A stretch of DNA of 64,000 nt from an uncultured Verrucomicrobiae bacterium (GCA_963762565.1 CAVXLD010000010.1:416001-480000), one strand, 5' to 3'; shown: positions 29,086 to 39,253, counted from the stretch's first letter. The notes: generated by a model not told the origin, from the sequence alone. Translations and numbers: made by a program.

Positions 29086-30558
29086 GTGGAAACCGACCAA
29101 TCAACCCCCTCCTCAGTCGAAAAACCAGCTTCCGTTCCCGACCCGACGAAACCAACCGCTAAGGCGCCAAGTAAACGCCGCCGTGTCTTCATTGTGGCTG
29201 CCATCGCGGTAGCAATATCGCTACTCGTCTTCGGAGTCCCGCGAATCATCCGTGCTTTTAATACCGTCTCGACGGATGACGCCTACGTGAACGGCTATGT
29301 CACCTTCGTAGCGCCACGGGTGAGCGGCCAGGTGGCACGTGTTCTGGTTGACAATAACAATCGAGTGAAGAAAGGCGACGTCCTCCTTGAGCTCGACCCC
29401 GAGCCATACCAGGTGCAGGTCGCAATCAAGCAAGCTGCTGTCGACGCCGCTCAAGCGAATCTGACGGTCGCTCAAGCGAGTGTGCGAGGCTTGATCGGTC
29501 AGACCCGAAGTAACCGCTTTAAGCTCTCCCGGGCCATTGAGGATGTTGATAACCAGATCGCATTGATCGCGGCTCGCGTCGCGACTTGGGAGCAGGAAAG
29601 GGCTACCTTAGTGCTCGCTCAGCAAGAGTTTGACCGCGCTGAAAAATTGCTCTCAACGAGGGTGGTGAGCCAAGAAGAGTATGATGAACGGCGCGAAGCG
29701 CTGGATGTCGCCAAAGCCCAAGTAACCCAAGCTCTACAAAATATTTATCAGGCACGCGTCGCACTCGGGTTACCGGCTCAAGCACCCGAAGGAAAAAATC
29801 TAGCCTATGTGCCGGACAATCTTGATCAGAGTTTTTCCTCCGTTCGCCAAGCGCAGGCTGACCTACTGCAAAGCGCTGCTCAGCTCGGCATCGTGCCGTC
29901 ATCCTACAGTCTGACGCCGCAGCAAATGCTGGATGAATTTTACCGGCGCGATCCCGCCGGGGATTTAGATCGCATCTATGCCGAAGTGATCAAAAACGCC
30001 CCGAGTCTAAAGCAAGCTCAAACCACCTTGATGGAGGCTCAGCGTGATCTCGATCAGGCGAACCTGAATTTGCGTTACTGCACGGTCGTCGCCGAGATCA
30101 ATGGCGTTATCACCCGAAGGAACGTGAATCCCGGCAACAACCTGCAAGCCGGTCAAAGTGTCATGGCGATCTGCTCGTTACGCGATATTTGGATAGACGC
30201 TAACTTCAAAGAAACCCAGCTCCGCAACCTGCGTATCGGCCAACACGTCGACCTTGAGCTGGACATGTACGGCGGCAAGCACACGTTCGAGGGCCGGATC
30301 TCCGGTTTCACCTATGGCACCGGCTCCACATTGGCCTTGTTACCGGCCCAGAACGCAACCGGTAATTTCGTCAAAGTAGTACAACGGCTGCCGGTCCGGG
30401 TTGATGTCCTGAACTATGACCCGGACAAACTGCCACTCTTCGCCGGTCTCTCGGTGACTCCAACGGTAGATTTGAAAATCGCTCCTACGGGACCGAATGC
30501 CGGCCAATACCTGCAACAACCCGAGCAAACGTCTGCCGCTGTTAGCCCTACACCATGA
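29086..30558 (+). CDS. HlyD/EmrA family efflux periplasmic adaptor
   Basis: STDDAYV, APRVSGQV, ANFKETQL, NATGNFVKVVQRLPV. Confidence 0.93.
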   Translation: METDQSTPSSVEKPASVPDPTKPTAKAPSKRRRVFIVAAIAVAISLLVFGVPRIIRAFNTVSTDDAYVNGYVTFVAPRVSGQVARVLVDNNNRVKKGDVLLELDPEPYQVQVAIKQAAVDAAQANLTVAQASVRGLIGQTRSNRFKLSRAIEDVDNQIALIAARVATWEQERATLVLAQQEFDRAEKLLSTRVVSQEEYDERREALDVAKAQVTQALQNIYQARVALGLPAQAPEGKNLAYVPDNLDQSFSSVRQAQADLLQSAAQLGIVPSSYSLTPQQMLDEFYRRDPAGDLDRIYAEVIKNAPSLKQAQTTLMEAQRDLDQANLNLRYCTVVAEINGVITRRNVNPGNNLQAGQSVMAICSLRDIWIDANFKETQLRNLRIGQHVDLELDMYGGKHTFEGRISGFTYGTGSTLALLPAQNATGNFVKVVQRLPVRVDVLNYDPDKLPLFAGLSVTPTVDLKIAPTGPNAGQYLQQPEQTSAAVSPTP

Positions 30559-32174
30559 GCACGGGCGCAGCTGCGGCATTGCCACTGGCCGTCGCCCGGC
30601 CACGCGTTTTCAATCCGTGGCTTGTCGCGATGGCGGTAGTGATACCGACTTTCATGGAGGTCCTGGATACCACGATCGCGAATGTGGCCTTGCGTTACAT
30701 TGCGGGCGGACTCTCTGCGGCTGTCACGGACAGCGAATGGGTTATTACCAGTTATCTTGCAGCCAATGCCATCATTCTACCTATCTCCGGTTGGTTGGCG
30801 GCACATCTAGGGCGGCGTAACTATTTCCTGCTATCGATCACCATCTTTACCCTGAGCTCATTCCTATGTGGAATGGCAACGAGTCTCGGCCAGTTGATTC
30901 TCTTCAGGGTCATGCAAGGGCTAGCCGGCGGCGGCCTGCAACCCTCCAGCCAAGGCATCCTCCTCGATAGCTTTCCGCCCGAAAAACAGGGCGCAGCTCA
31001 AACCATGTTTGGAGTGGCAGCATTGCTTGCTCCCGTAGTTGGCCCGACCCTAGGTGGTTACATCACGGACGAATATTCCTGGCGTTGGATTTTTCTTATC
31101 AACATCCCCGTCGGCATTGCCGCACTAGTGCTTTGCGCGATCGTCGTGCGGGACCCGGACTATCTGCAGGATCAGCGCAGGGAGTTGAAGAAACAGCCGC
31201 TGAATTTTGATATTCTCGGGCTCACTCTGCTCGCCATGACCATGGTTTGCTGGGAAGTAGTTCTAAGTAAAGGACAAGAGTGGGACTGGTTTAACGATGC
31301 TTTCGGACGTATCCAGATTTTGTCTGCCCTCTTTCTCGTCGGGGTAACCAGCTTAGTGGTTTGGGAGACGCGCCATTCGAGTCCCATCGTTAACTTCCGG
31401 CCTTTATTGGACCGCAACTTTGCCCCGTGCTGTCTTATCATTTTCTGCGCATTCGGGGTTCTTTATGGGAGCAGCACTCTTTTACCCGCACTCCTGGAAT
31501 CGCTTTTTGGTTATGACGCGTTTCACGCCGGCTTAGTACTGTCGCCCGCCGGGGCCTTTACCATCATGGCGCTAGTCGTGGTCGGCGCCTTGCTAGGGCG
31601 CGGCGTGGACGCTCGCTGGTTGATCGCCACCGGTCTGTTGATTCTTGGTGCCGGCAATTTCTGGATGTCGCAACTCAACCTGGAGATTTCGCCTTGGCAG
31701 GTGGTCTGGCCGCGGGTGGTCATGATCACCGGACTGGGGATGATCTTCGCGCCGTTGAATGTTGCCGCTTTCCTCTACATTCCACGCTCCTTGCGCCCTG
31801 CGGCGGTCGGTTTGCTTGCCTTATTGCGTAATGAAGGCGGCAGTGTGGGAACTACCATGGGGCAGACCATCGCCGAGCGCCGCGAGATATTCCACGCGCT
31901 GCGGTTGAATGAGAATCTCGATCAATTCAACCCTGCCGTGAATTCCTATTTTGAACAGGCAGACGCTACCTTTCTGCAACAGACCGGAGATCCTGCGGCC
32001 GCCCACCAAATGACTCTGCAATCGCTCGAAGATCTTCGGGAACAGCAAGCCTCCTCGCTTTCCTACTTCGACGCTTTCCTGATCTTTGCAGTCCTCGCAG
32101 TCGGGTTGGCATTCCTTGTCTTGCTTATGAAACGCTCCGCCGCTCAAAAAGGAGCTCACATTGCTGCCGAGTAG
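30555..32174 (+). CDS. DHA2/EmrB family MFS efflux permease
   Basis: FMEVLDTTIANVAL, WVITSYL, GPTLGGYITD...WRWIFLINIPVG; ATGA-coupled to the adaptor gene. Confidence 0.94.
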   Translation: MSTGAAAALPLAVARPRVFNPWLVAMAVVIPTFMEVLDTTIANVALRYIAGGLSAAVTDSEWVITSYLAANAIILPISGWLAAHLGRRNYFLLSITIFTLSSFLCGMATSLGQLILFRVMQGLAGGGLQPSSQGILLDSFPPEKQGAAQTMFGVAALLAPVVGPTLGGYITDEYSWRWIFLINIPVGIAALVLCAIVVRDPDYLQDQRRELKKQPLNFDILGLTLLAMTMVCWEVVLSKGQEWDWFNDAFGRIQILSALFLVGVTSLVVWETRHSSPIVNFRPLLDRNFAPCCLIIFCAFGVLYGSSTLLPALLESLFGYDAFHAGLVLSPAGAFTIMALVVVGALLGRGVDARWLIATGLLILGAGNFWMSQLNLEISPWQVVWPRVVMITGLGMIFAPLNVAAFLYIPRSLRPAAVGLLALLRNEGGSVGTTMGQTIAERREIFHALRLNENLDQFNPAVNSYFEQADATFLQQTGDPAAAHQMTLQSLEDLREQQASSLSYFDAFLIFAVLAVGLAFLVLLMKRSAAQKGAHIAAE

Positions 32175-32205
32175 GGCCCGATCATCACACTTGAGAATCG
32201 CCGAC

Positions 32206-33705
32206 ATGAACTGTACTAGAACACTGATTGCCCGTCTGAACTGCTTCCTGATTTGTCTCTTAGCCTCCGGATGCGCTCACACCGTCGCGATCTCCTACCC
32301 GCCGAAAGCCAAAATCGACCCGGATTTCAGCAAACCGGAGATGCTCTGGAACGGTGAAAGGGTTCAGGTAGAATGGACGCCCTCTCTGCGGGACGAATCA
32401 TACAAATATCTGGCCAAATGCGATCAAGTCTTACTGGCAGACTCAATCCGCGAGAAAGGTCTTCGCTATGAATACAAAGTTACCGGAAAAGGGACTCCGC
32501 TAGTCGTATTCGATAAGAACCCTGAAAGCACTCCTCAGGAGAAACATTATCCGAGCAGCGGTATTGTGATTGGATTAACCGCCGTCGAAGAAAGCCACCA
32601 AGCGGGTCCACCCGTGCTTAAGCTATACGACGCGTTCGACCCGTCCGTCGCCCGGTCCGGTGCGGGGCCAGACCCCATCGCTGCCGACTACACCGCTACC
32701 TTAGCTGTACTCTACTCACATGCCCACAAAGTAGCCGGGAGCTCCTTCGAATCGTTTATCAGACCCGACAATCCCAGGTTCGCCACCGGCATCTACCTGA
32801 TTCATCCTTACGATCCCAATAGGATTCCGATCCTGTTCATTCATGGTCTGCTTTCCTCTCCCATTTCCTGGCAAAACTTGGTGAACGATCTTTGCGCGGA
32901 TCCCCGCATTATCGAGCATTATCAACCTTGGTTTTTTCTTTATCCGACCGGCGAACCCGTTCTGGAAAGTGCTGCCCAACTGCGAGAACAACTGGAACAA
33001 ACCCAGCGCTTATTTGATCCGGGCGGCAATGCGGTCGCGTCGCGTCACGTCGTGGTTGTTGCTCATAGCATGGGTGGATTGCTTGCCCACACCTTAGTCT
33101 CTGACTCGGGCAATACACTCTGGAATGCGTTTGCGAACAAACCACTGAACAGTTTGACCCTGCCGGCGGATGAAAAACAATTAATTCTACGGTACTTTTT
33201 CTTCCGCCATCAGCCCTGTATCGATCGGGTTATTTTTTTGGCTGTTCCTCACCGTGGAAGCGATTTAGCGGGTGGCATCGTTGGGAGCGTGGCCAACCGA
33301 TTTATACACCAATCGCGGAATCCGGCTCGCGTGTTGAGGGAATTGTCCACACAATACCCTGGAATTCTGGATACCTACTACGCTCGGGTAAGTATGCACG
33401 GTGGACCAAATAGCCTAATTTCACTAGCGCCAAACCCTTTGTTAGACAGCCTCGCAGACGTGCCCATCAGAGTTCCTTTTCACAGTATCATTGGCCACCT
33501 CGGCAACGACGACGGACCTGACAGTTCAGACGGAGTAGTAGCCTATTGGAGCGCTCATTTGAACGGAGCCGAGTCAGAAAAACACGTTCCGTCAGGGCAC
33601 GCCCCCTTGATTGCTCATCCTGAAACCGTGGCCGAGATTAAACGAATCCTGGAAGAGAATGTTGAGGCAAAGAGTTCGCGAGTGGGCGAAACGGCGCTGC
33701 GCTGA
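32206..33705 (+). CDS. Alpha/beta hydrolase lipoprotein (esterase/lipase-like)
   Basis: Lipobox LASGC, IHGL, nucleophile AHSMGG, PHRGS, SDGVV. Confidence 0.82.
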   Translation: MNCTRTLIARLNCFLICLLASGCAHTVAISYPPKAKIDPDFSKPEMLWNGERVQVEWTPSLRDESYKYLAKCDQVLLADSIREKGLRYEYKVTGKGTPLVVFDKNPESTPQEKHYPSSGIVIGLTAVEESHQAGPPVLKLYDAFDPSVARSGAGPDPIAADYTATLAVLYSHAHKVAGSSFESFIRPDNPRFATGIYLIHPYDPNRIPILFIHGLLSSPISWQNLVNDLCADPRIIEHYQPWFFLYPTGEPVLESAAQLREQLEQTQRLFDPGGNAVASRHVVVVAHSMGGLLAHTLVSDSGNTLWNAFANKPLNSLTLPADEKQLILRYFFFRHQPCIDRVIFLAVPHRGSDLAGGIVGSVANRFIHQSRNPARVLRELSTQYPGILDTYYARVSMHGGPNSLISLAPNPLLDSLADVPIRVPFHSIIGHLGNDDGPDSSDGVVAYWSAHLNGAESEKHVPSGHAPLIAHPETVAEIKRILEENVEAKSSRVGETALR

Positions 33706-33735
33706 CACGGCGTTGAAAGCGTAAAGCCCGGCGCC

Positions 33736-33918
33736 GGGGAGGGATCGCAGCCTGTCCGACATAGCCTTCCATCCAGGGTCTTTTCTTCCCAGCGCTGGCG
33801 ACGTCGGATCCTCGCGATCCTTTCTTACCGACGCCGAGAACCCGTTATTATCGTGGGCGAAAATACACCTTTTGATTGTGGCACGTCCTCGCGTCGCCCG
33901 GGGACGCGTGCCCTCCCC
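33736..33918. repeat. Family E REP doublet with one CCTGTCCGAC insert
   Basis: Inverted homolog of 22342-22583; insert at 33749-33808. Confidence 0.9.
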
Positions 33919-33983
33919 GATTGCCCAAAGAGATACTAAATTGCGATTGATGCTCGATTTCGTAGCTTTGAGGACAAAGGACT

Positions 33984-34361
33984 ATGAGCGACAAAGCTTC
34001 CCCATCCGAATATCTCGTCATTTGCAGAGGCCAATGGGATAAAACCGCTTCGCGAGACCAAATCCAAAACGTTATCGATCAATTCTACGTCTGGCTTAAC
34101 GGATTGGTTGACGAAGGTAAAATGAAGCACGGGCAGCGGCTAAAGTACGAAGGGAGACTCGTCAGTCGTCGAAATGCTGTAACCGATGGACCTTTCAGTG
34201 AGTCCAAGGAAGTGATTGGTGGTTTTTGGTTTGTGCTTGCTAACACCCTTGATGAAGCCGCAGAAATCGCCGCCAGCAATCCTTGTCTCGACTATGGCTT
34301 GTCCCTTGAAATCAGACCCATCGATCAAGACATTGCCTCGGCTGACAATACTAATCCCTAG
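33984..34361 (+). CDS. YciI family (DGPF) protein
   Basis: TDGPFSESKEVIGGF, LEIRP. Confidence 0.9.
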   Translation: MSDKASPSEYLVICRGQWDKTASRDQIQNVIDQFYVWLNGLVDEGKMKHGQRLKYEGRLVSRRNAVTDGPFSESKEVIGGFWFVLANTLDEAAEIAASNPCLDYGLSLEIRPIDQDIASADNTNP

Positions 34362-34364
34362 AGG

Positions 34365-34663
34365 ACCGCAGATTGGCCCGAACTAACAGAAGGGAATATC
34401 CGCAGATTACGCAGATTTCGGTTTGAGGCGGGCTTAGCCCAGCGTGAGAGAAACCGCCGAGCACGAGCGAAGTCTTGAGCCGCAGCCTTGCTGCGGTGTC
34501 AGGTTTCGCTTCTCAAAAATCTACTAGTTACTATTTCCAGAACGCTCAACCGCGTTTCGCTTGAGCTTGCCAGCCTCCAGCCGACAGACCTTCTCCAACC
34601 TCAAAACGAAATCTGCGTAATCTGCGGATATTTCCATTCCCCTCTTCCGCATCAATCTACGGT
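34365..34663. repeat. Family F (CGCAGATTA)n element
   Basis: ccgcagattacgcagatttcggtttgagg...aacctcaaaacgaaatctgcgtaatctgcgg. Confidence 0.85.
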
Positions 34664-36160
34664 TCACGCGGGAACAGCCGCTTTAGCGATATCCCCGGCA
34701 TTGGACAGTTTCTCGACGTCCCAACAGAGGGCGATTAGCTTTTGGATTTGCTCCGGTTTGAGGATCCCTTCCGCAAGATCGGTAAACTTTGATTCGAGAT
34801 CATGATCTGTCATCGGTGCTTCCAAGCTCCCGATCGCATGCTGGATCGTTTTATCGAGTTGTCGCCCATCCTTAAGGGTCAGGGTCATCTCGACCTGCTC
34901 CGGCTTAACCGTAGAGTCGACCACAGGCGCCACGCGAGTGCGGAGGGCAACGATAGTGGGATCCTGAACAGCTCTATCGCTAAACTGCTTTTCACCGGCT
35001 GCACCCTCGACAATCGCGACCGCGACCGCGTGGTAAATGCTAAATTTACCTTCTAAGCCAGTAGTTGGCGTTTTCTTTCCGGTTAGCTCCAACACCAACG
35101 GATTTACCTTAAGATTGATCGTCTCGATTTGGTCGGGCTTGATCTGATATTGATTGCGCAATTGGATCGCGGCATCGATCGCCGGATGCATCACAATTCC
35201 GCAAGCGAAAGGTTTGTAAGTATTCAGCAGCGCCTCGTAGCGTTCCCCAAGTCCTTCGGTAATCTCTTTGTAATCCTGTTTGGTCGAGATGGTGTTAGCC
35301 CAGCCACGCTTGGCCTCGATCATCTGATCGGAACTGGTAAAATTCTTCGAGGCAAGGAATGCAGCGAATAGACCGTTACTGGCGGCGCGCCCCGGATTAA
35401 AACTTTTGTTCATTGAACCGAAGGATTCTCGAAGGCCTACAGGCTGCGATGCCGCTAGTCCAATAGCCCAAATCATTTGTTGTTCTGAAAGACCCAACAG
35501 CTTCCCGGCACTAGCCGCTGCCCCAAAGACGCCTGCAGTTCCGGTGATGTGCCAACCTCGATCATAATGATCCGGATAAACCGCGTTCCCGATCCGGCAC
35601 TCAGTTTCTACCCCAAGAATCAATGCATTCAAAAAGGCCCGGCCATCCACAGGCCGGTACTTGTCGCGCCATAGCGGAGCGGAGGCGGATTCGGCGAGCG
35701 CCAGAATGGCAGACACAACCGGACCCGCCGGATGGATGATGGTCTTCAAATGCGTATCATCGTAATCGAAAATATGTGCGGAAACGCCGTTGATAAACGC
35801 GGCGTTCATCACATCGAAACGTTCGCGGCGCCCAAGGATAGACGCTTGGGACGGTCCTGAGAATGGCGCTAAAGCGTCGACGGCAATATCGATCGTTTCA
35901 TGATGAGACCCGCCCACGGCTACGCCGACCCAATTAAGCAGGGTGCGTAGCCCTTCCTTGCGCACATTCGCGGGCAGATCCTCGTAACGGGCGGAGACAA
36001 TGTAGCTGGCGAGTATTTTGGTCACCTGCGGGATTGAAGGCGAGGGCGAGCCCATAAGCTCTCTGTTGTTGCTGGCGGCCAGCGCCAAGTCCGGCGCCAC
36101 AGCGCCGGCCGCAATAGCGGTAGTAGCGCGTAGAAAAGTCCGTCGGTCAATTTTTGCCAC
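34664..36160 (-). CDS. MmgE/PrpD family protein with twin-arginine signal
   Basis: DRRTFL Tat motif; HIFDYDDTH, IHP, GWHITG, KPFACG, GKFSI; GAGGAG RBS. Confidence 0.92.
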   Translation of the reverse strand: MAKIDRRTFLRATTAIAAGAVAPDLALAASNNRELMGSPSPSIPQVTKILASYIVSARYEDLPANVRKEGLRTLLNWVGVAVGGSHHETIDIAVDALAPFSGPSQASILGRRERFDVMNAAFINGVSAHIFDYDDTHLKTIIHPAGPVVSAILALAESASAPLWRDKYRPVDGRAFLNALILGVETECRIGNAVYPDHYDRGWHITGTAGVFGAAASAGKLLGLSEQQMIWAIGLAASQPVGLRESFGSMNKSFNPGRAASNGLFAAFLASKNFTSSDQMIEAKRGWANTISTKQDYKEITEGLGERYEALLNTYKPFACGIVMHPAIDAAIQLRNQYQIKPDQIETINLKVNPLVLELTGKKTPTTGLEGKFSIYHAVAVAIVEGAAGEKQFSDRAVQDPTIVALRTRVAPVVDSTVKPEQVEMTLTLKDGRQLDKTIQHAIGSLEAPMTDHDLESKFTDLAEGILKPEQIQKLIALCWDVEKLSNAGDIAKAAVPA

Positions 36161-36297
36161 CGTATTGCTCCTCTTGGTTTTAGTGTCCTGTCCCCATCTT
36201 AGCCCCGGTTGGGCCTATCCACCACGCCGACCTACCTGGGTACTCGCAGGGCACATCGCACTCTCGTCCTCGTCCGAGATGAACGCGGCCCCTCGCC

Positions 36298-36476
36298 GGG
36301 AGGGATCGCTGCCTGTCCGACATAGCCTTCACTTCCTGGTTTCTTTTCTCCCAGCTTGGGCGACGTCGGATCCTCGCGATCAGTTGTTCTCGAAGCCCAA
36401 GGCAAACCCGGTCAGGTGTTACAGTAAGTTCCAAGATTATAGGCCTGTTCGCGGCGCGGGGACGCGCGCCCTCCCC
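36298..36476. repeat. Family E REP doublet with one CCTGTCCGAC insert
   Basis: gggagggatcgc[36310-36370]tcctcgcgatc...ggggacgcgcgccctcccc. Confidence 0.9.
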
Positions 36477-36552
36477 AGGTCGTGCTCACTTCGCCACTAA
36501 CAGTCGGCGTGACAAAGATCGCGTTTCCTGATTCTCTATACACGCTGTGCCT

Positions 36553-37674
36553 ATGCGGACAACGCCTTTCATTGCCGGCCTGGTTCTGTCAGGCTTGTTC
36601 GCTGCATCCGGGGAAGAGTCGCAAAATGCATCACTCCCTGAAATCAAGGCTTCAGTCCGGTTTCACTCGGATTCTTATGGCAACGTACCAGACGAAATCC
36701 AGCTACCGGCAAGTACTTTGTTAGCGTCGAAAAACCGACGAGTCATGGAAGGGGATCTAGGCCGGTTGCCGATTCGTATTTTTATCAGGGAAACACCGAA
36801 TCAGACGACGCCCGCGATCGAGGTCAACATCGTTAATAATCGGACAAATAAAGCTCTGGCGGGGTACCCAACTCAGCAAGTAGTCGGTCCGCTACGGATG
36901 CTCAGCTTCAACATCCCTCTCATACCGACCGACTTAGAGACCCTGGTTCGCACGGCAAAAAAGAGCGTCGAAGGTAAACTCGGTAAAGTCGATAACGTCA
37001 CTTTGCATATTGATGTCGACATTCCAGTCAATCCGGAAACAAATTCGGATGGTAATCTTATTTTGGATTGCCAAGATCTTCTCAGACAGGATCAGCTCGT
37101 AGTAGACGATGTATCGCAGAAGATCAATGACACTAGTACCGCCGGTGTCGTTTCGGTTGCCAACGCTTATACGGGTTGTTTAGACAAGCAGACTGAAACG
37201 TTGAGCATCGAGTTAAAGGCCGATGATAAGAAGACCATCAACCGCATCCGCCAGTTGTTACCTGATGTAGCCCCGGTTAGTTTTGATTCAGCGATAAACC
37301 AGAACGGAGGGAGTTATTTTTCTCTGCTGGCGCTTGCTAGTGTCAGTGTCGGTACCAAACAAGCCGAGACGGTAAATCGCTTAGCTAAGCAACTGGCAGG
37401 AAACGCAGCTGCGAATCCGGAGGCACGGAAAGCCGTAGCAACCGCTTTCGCGTCATGCCAGGCAGCATTAAAGGAATTAGTGGCAGCCCCAGATGGCGCA
37501 ACTGACGACGTGAATGTCGCCGATTTGAAGAAGCAGTTTCAATCGGATTTAGCCAAAGCCAAAGCTGCCTTAAAGGAGCTCCAGGAAATCGCCGCTAAGT
37601 TACCGGACAATTCCGCCATGCTCTTGGCGCAATCAACTCTCTCTATTCTGACCACACCGCAGGGGTTCGAGTAA
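36553..37674 (+). CDS. Hypothetical secreted protein
   Basis: Signal peptide, beta-rich N-half and helical C-half; no family recognised. Confidence 0.7.
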   Translation: MRTTPFIAGLVLSGLFAASGEESQNASLPEIKASVRFHSDSYGNVPDEIQLPASTLLASKNRRVMEGDLGRLPIRIFIRETPNQTTPAIEVNIVNNRTNKALAGYPTQQVVGPLRMLSFNIPLIPTDLETLVRTAKKSVEGKLGKVDNVTLHIDVDIPVNPETNSDGNLILDCQDLLRQDQLVVDDVSQKINDTSTAGVVSVANAYTGCLDKQTETLSIELKADDKKTINRIRQLLPDVAPVSFDSAINQNGGSYFSLLALASVSVGTKQAETVNRLAKQLAGNAAANPEARKAVATAFASCQAALKELVAAPDGATDDVNVADLKKQFQSDLAKAKAALKELQEIAAKLPDNSAMLLAQSTLSILTTPQGFE

Positions 37675-37811
37675 GTGAATTGCACGAACCAGAACGATCG
37701 CAAAACCGAGACGGAGTGGCCCGATCGTGTTAAGCAGGCTCATACTCCGACCGCGCGTCGGAGCCATCGCTCCAGGTCAAACAGCGCCAATGTCTCGGCA
37801 CTGACTGCCAG

Positions 37812-37995
37812 CGTTGCCGACATGGACGCTGCGACCGTTGATCCAAAAACAGGCGAATTAAAACCTGAGTTCGTTCCTGACAGCAGTATCGGAAGTCCCG
37901 GCGATAAACTCCACCCCGACCGAGCCGGTTATCAAGCTATGGCCAACACCGTCGATATCAAGGTGCTCGCACCGCGAACCACAAAAGGCCTGTAG
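37812..37995 (+). pseudogene. C-terminal fragment of an SGNH/GDSL hydrolase
   Basis: D...DP......GDKLHPDRAGYQAMA (block V DxxHP); no GDS/G/N blocks recognised upstream. Confidence 0.6.
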
Positions 37996-38107
37996 CTCAC
38001 CCAGCTTCATTACGATGAATAGAGTTTAACGAAAGCGGTACTCGCATTGCGCGCGCGCCGTTTGATTTGAGTCGGGTTTGTGGGACAGGACACTAGCTGG
38101 CGGAAGT

Positions 38108-39220
38108 TTATAACTTCGTTTTCGGCCCAAATACCTCGACCAATTCCTCGAGCATAGCCGCGACCCTTGTATAATTCCTTTGAGGTTCGGTAACCGGCTG
38201 ATCGGCGGAGGCTCGTTTCTCCGCCAACGCAATCAATCGCTCGCTCGTGTCAGCCGAGCCGGATTGCAGCGACTTTTTCAACTCTGTGAGATCGGAGCCG
38301 CCGGCGGGTTTATTAAGTGCTTTCAGCGGTTGATCTCCGATCACAAGCTCCCAATCATGGGTGTCGGCAAAGTAAACCGCCGTAACCCCATTCCGTTCGA
38401 CTCCGAGCTGTTGAGCAATCGTTTCGGCTAACTCTGGCCGGGTCTGTCCGGGGCCGGTGGGTTCAAACGCTGCAAAGGCTCGGGCGTAGATCTTGACTCC
38501 CGTAAATCGCTCAAAGTTCGAAAGCTTATTATTGAAACTTTTTTCTCGAGGAGGAACGGCCGGCAATATTCCGTCTTCATCCGAAAAATGAGCGAACGCG
38601 ACTCGAGGGGCTTTAGCAATTAACTGGTCGAACGCAGCTTGGTCTGCGCGAAAGGCCTTCGCCGCCGCTCCTATGCGCAAAATCTTAACCTCCATCTTGT
38701 CGCCCTTCTGTACTTGAGGCAAAACCTCGAGTCCGCTAACGACTCTACCAAAAACGCTATGCAAATAGTTCAATTGGTTTTCCGCGTCTAAAGTGATGAA
38801 GAACTGGCAGCCGTTTGTATCCGGTCCGGAATTCGCCATCGATAAGACGCCGATCGAGTCATGACGAAGCTTCGGCGAAAACTCGTCTGGAAATTCGTAG
38901 CCCGGGTCTCCGTCACCCGTACCAAGTGGATCGCCTCCTTGGATGACAAAGCCCGGTACCACTCGATGAAACGTCAATCCATCGTAGAATGGTTTGCCCG
39001 GATTAGGTCCTAAGGCCCCCTCAGCCAACCCGACAAAGTTGGTAACCGTTAAAGGAGCTTCTTGATCGAACAACCGGGCGATGATGGTCCCGCGAGGTGT
39101 AATGATTTTCGCGTAAAGGCCGTCAGGCAAATATAAAGGGGAATCGGATGGTGACGGCGAAGCTGCCATTAACCGGCTGGCAGTGATGCTAGCGAAGAGA
39201 ATGAGGATAAGCGAACGCAT
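38108..39220 (-). CDS. Cyclophilin-type peptidyl-prolyl isomerase with signal peptide and extra C-terminal domain
   Basis: APLTVTNF, FHRVVPGFVIQGGDP, SMANSGPDTNGCQFFIT, HSVFG. Confidence 0.93.
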   Translation of the reverse strand: MRSLILILFASITASRLMAASPSPSDSPLYLPDGLYAKIITPRGTIIARLFDQEAPLTVTNFVGLAEGALGPNPGKPFYDGLTFHRVVPGFVIQGGDPLGTGDGDPGYEFPDEFSPKLRHDSIGVLSMANSGPDTNGCQFFITLDAENQLNYLHSVFGRVVSGLEVLPQVQKGDKMEVKILRIGAAAKAFRADQAAFDQLIAKAPRVAFAHFSDEDGILPAVPPREKSFNNKLSNFERFTGVKIYARAFAAFEPTGPGQTRPELAETIAQQLGVERNGVTAVYFADTHDWELVIGDQPLKALNKPAGGSDLTELKKSLQSGSADTSERLIALAEKRASADQPVTEPQRNYTRVAAMLEELVEVFGPKTKL

Positions 39221-39253
39221 TGCCCGCAGTATTTAGCTCAGGAGGGGAAGAAG

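Larger units (their letters stand above)
36181..38095. mobile_element. Possible non-autonomous element bounded by 14-bp inverted repeats
   Basis: TAGTGTCCTGTCCC (36181-36194) and GGGACAGGACACTA (38082-38095); no transposase inside. Confidence 0.35.
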
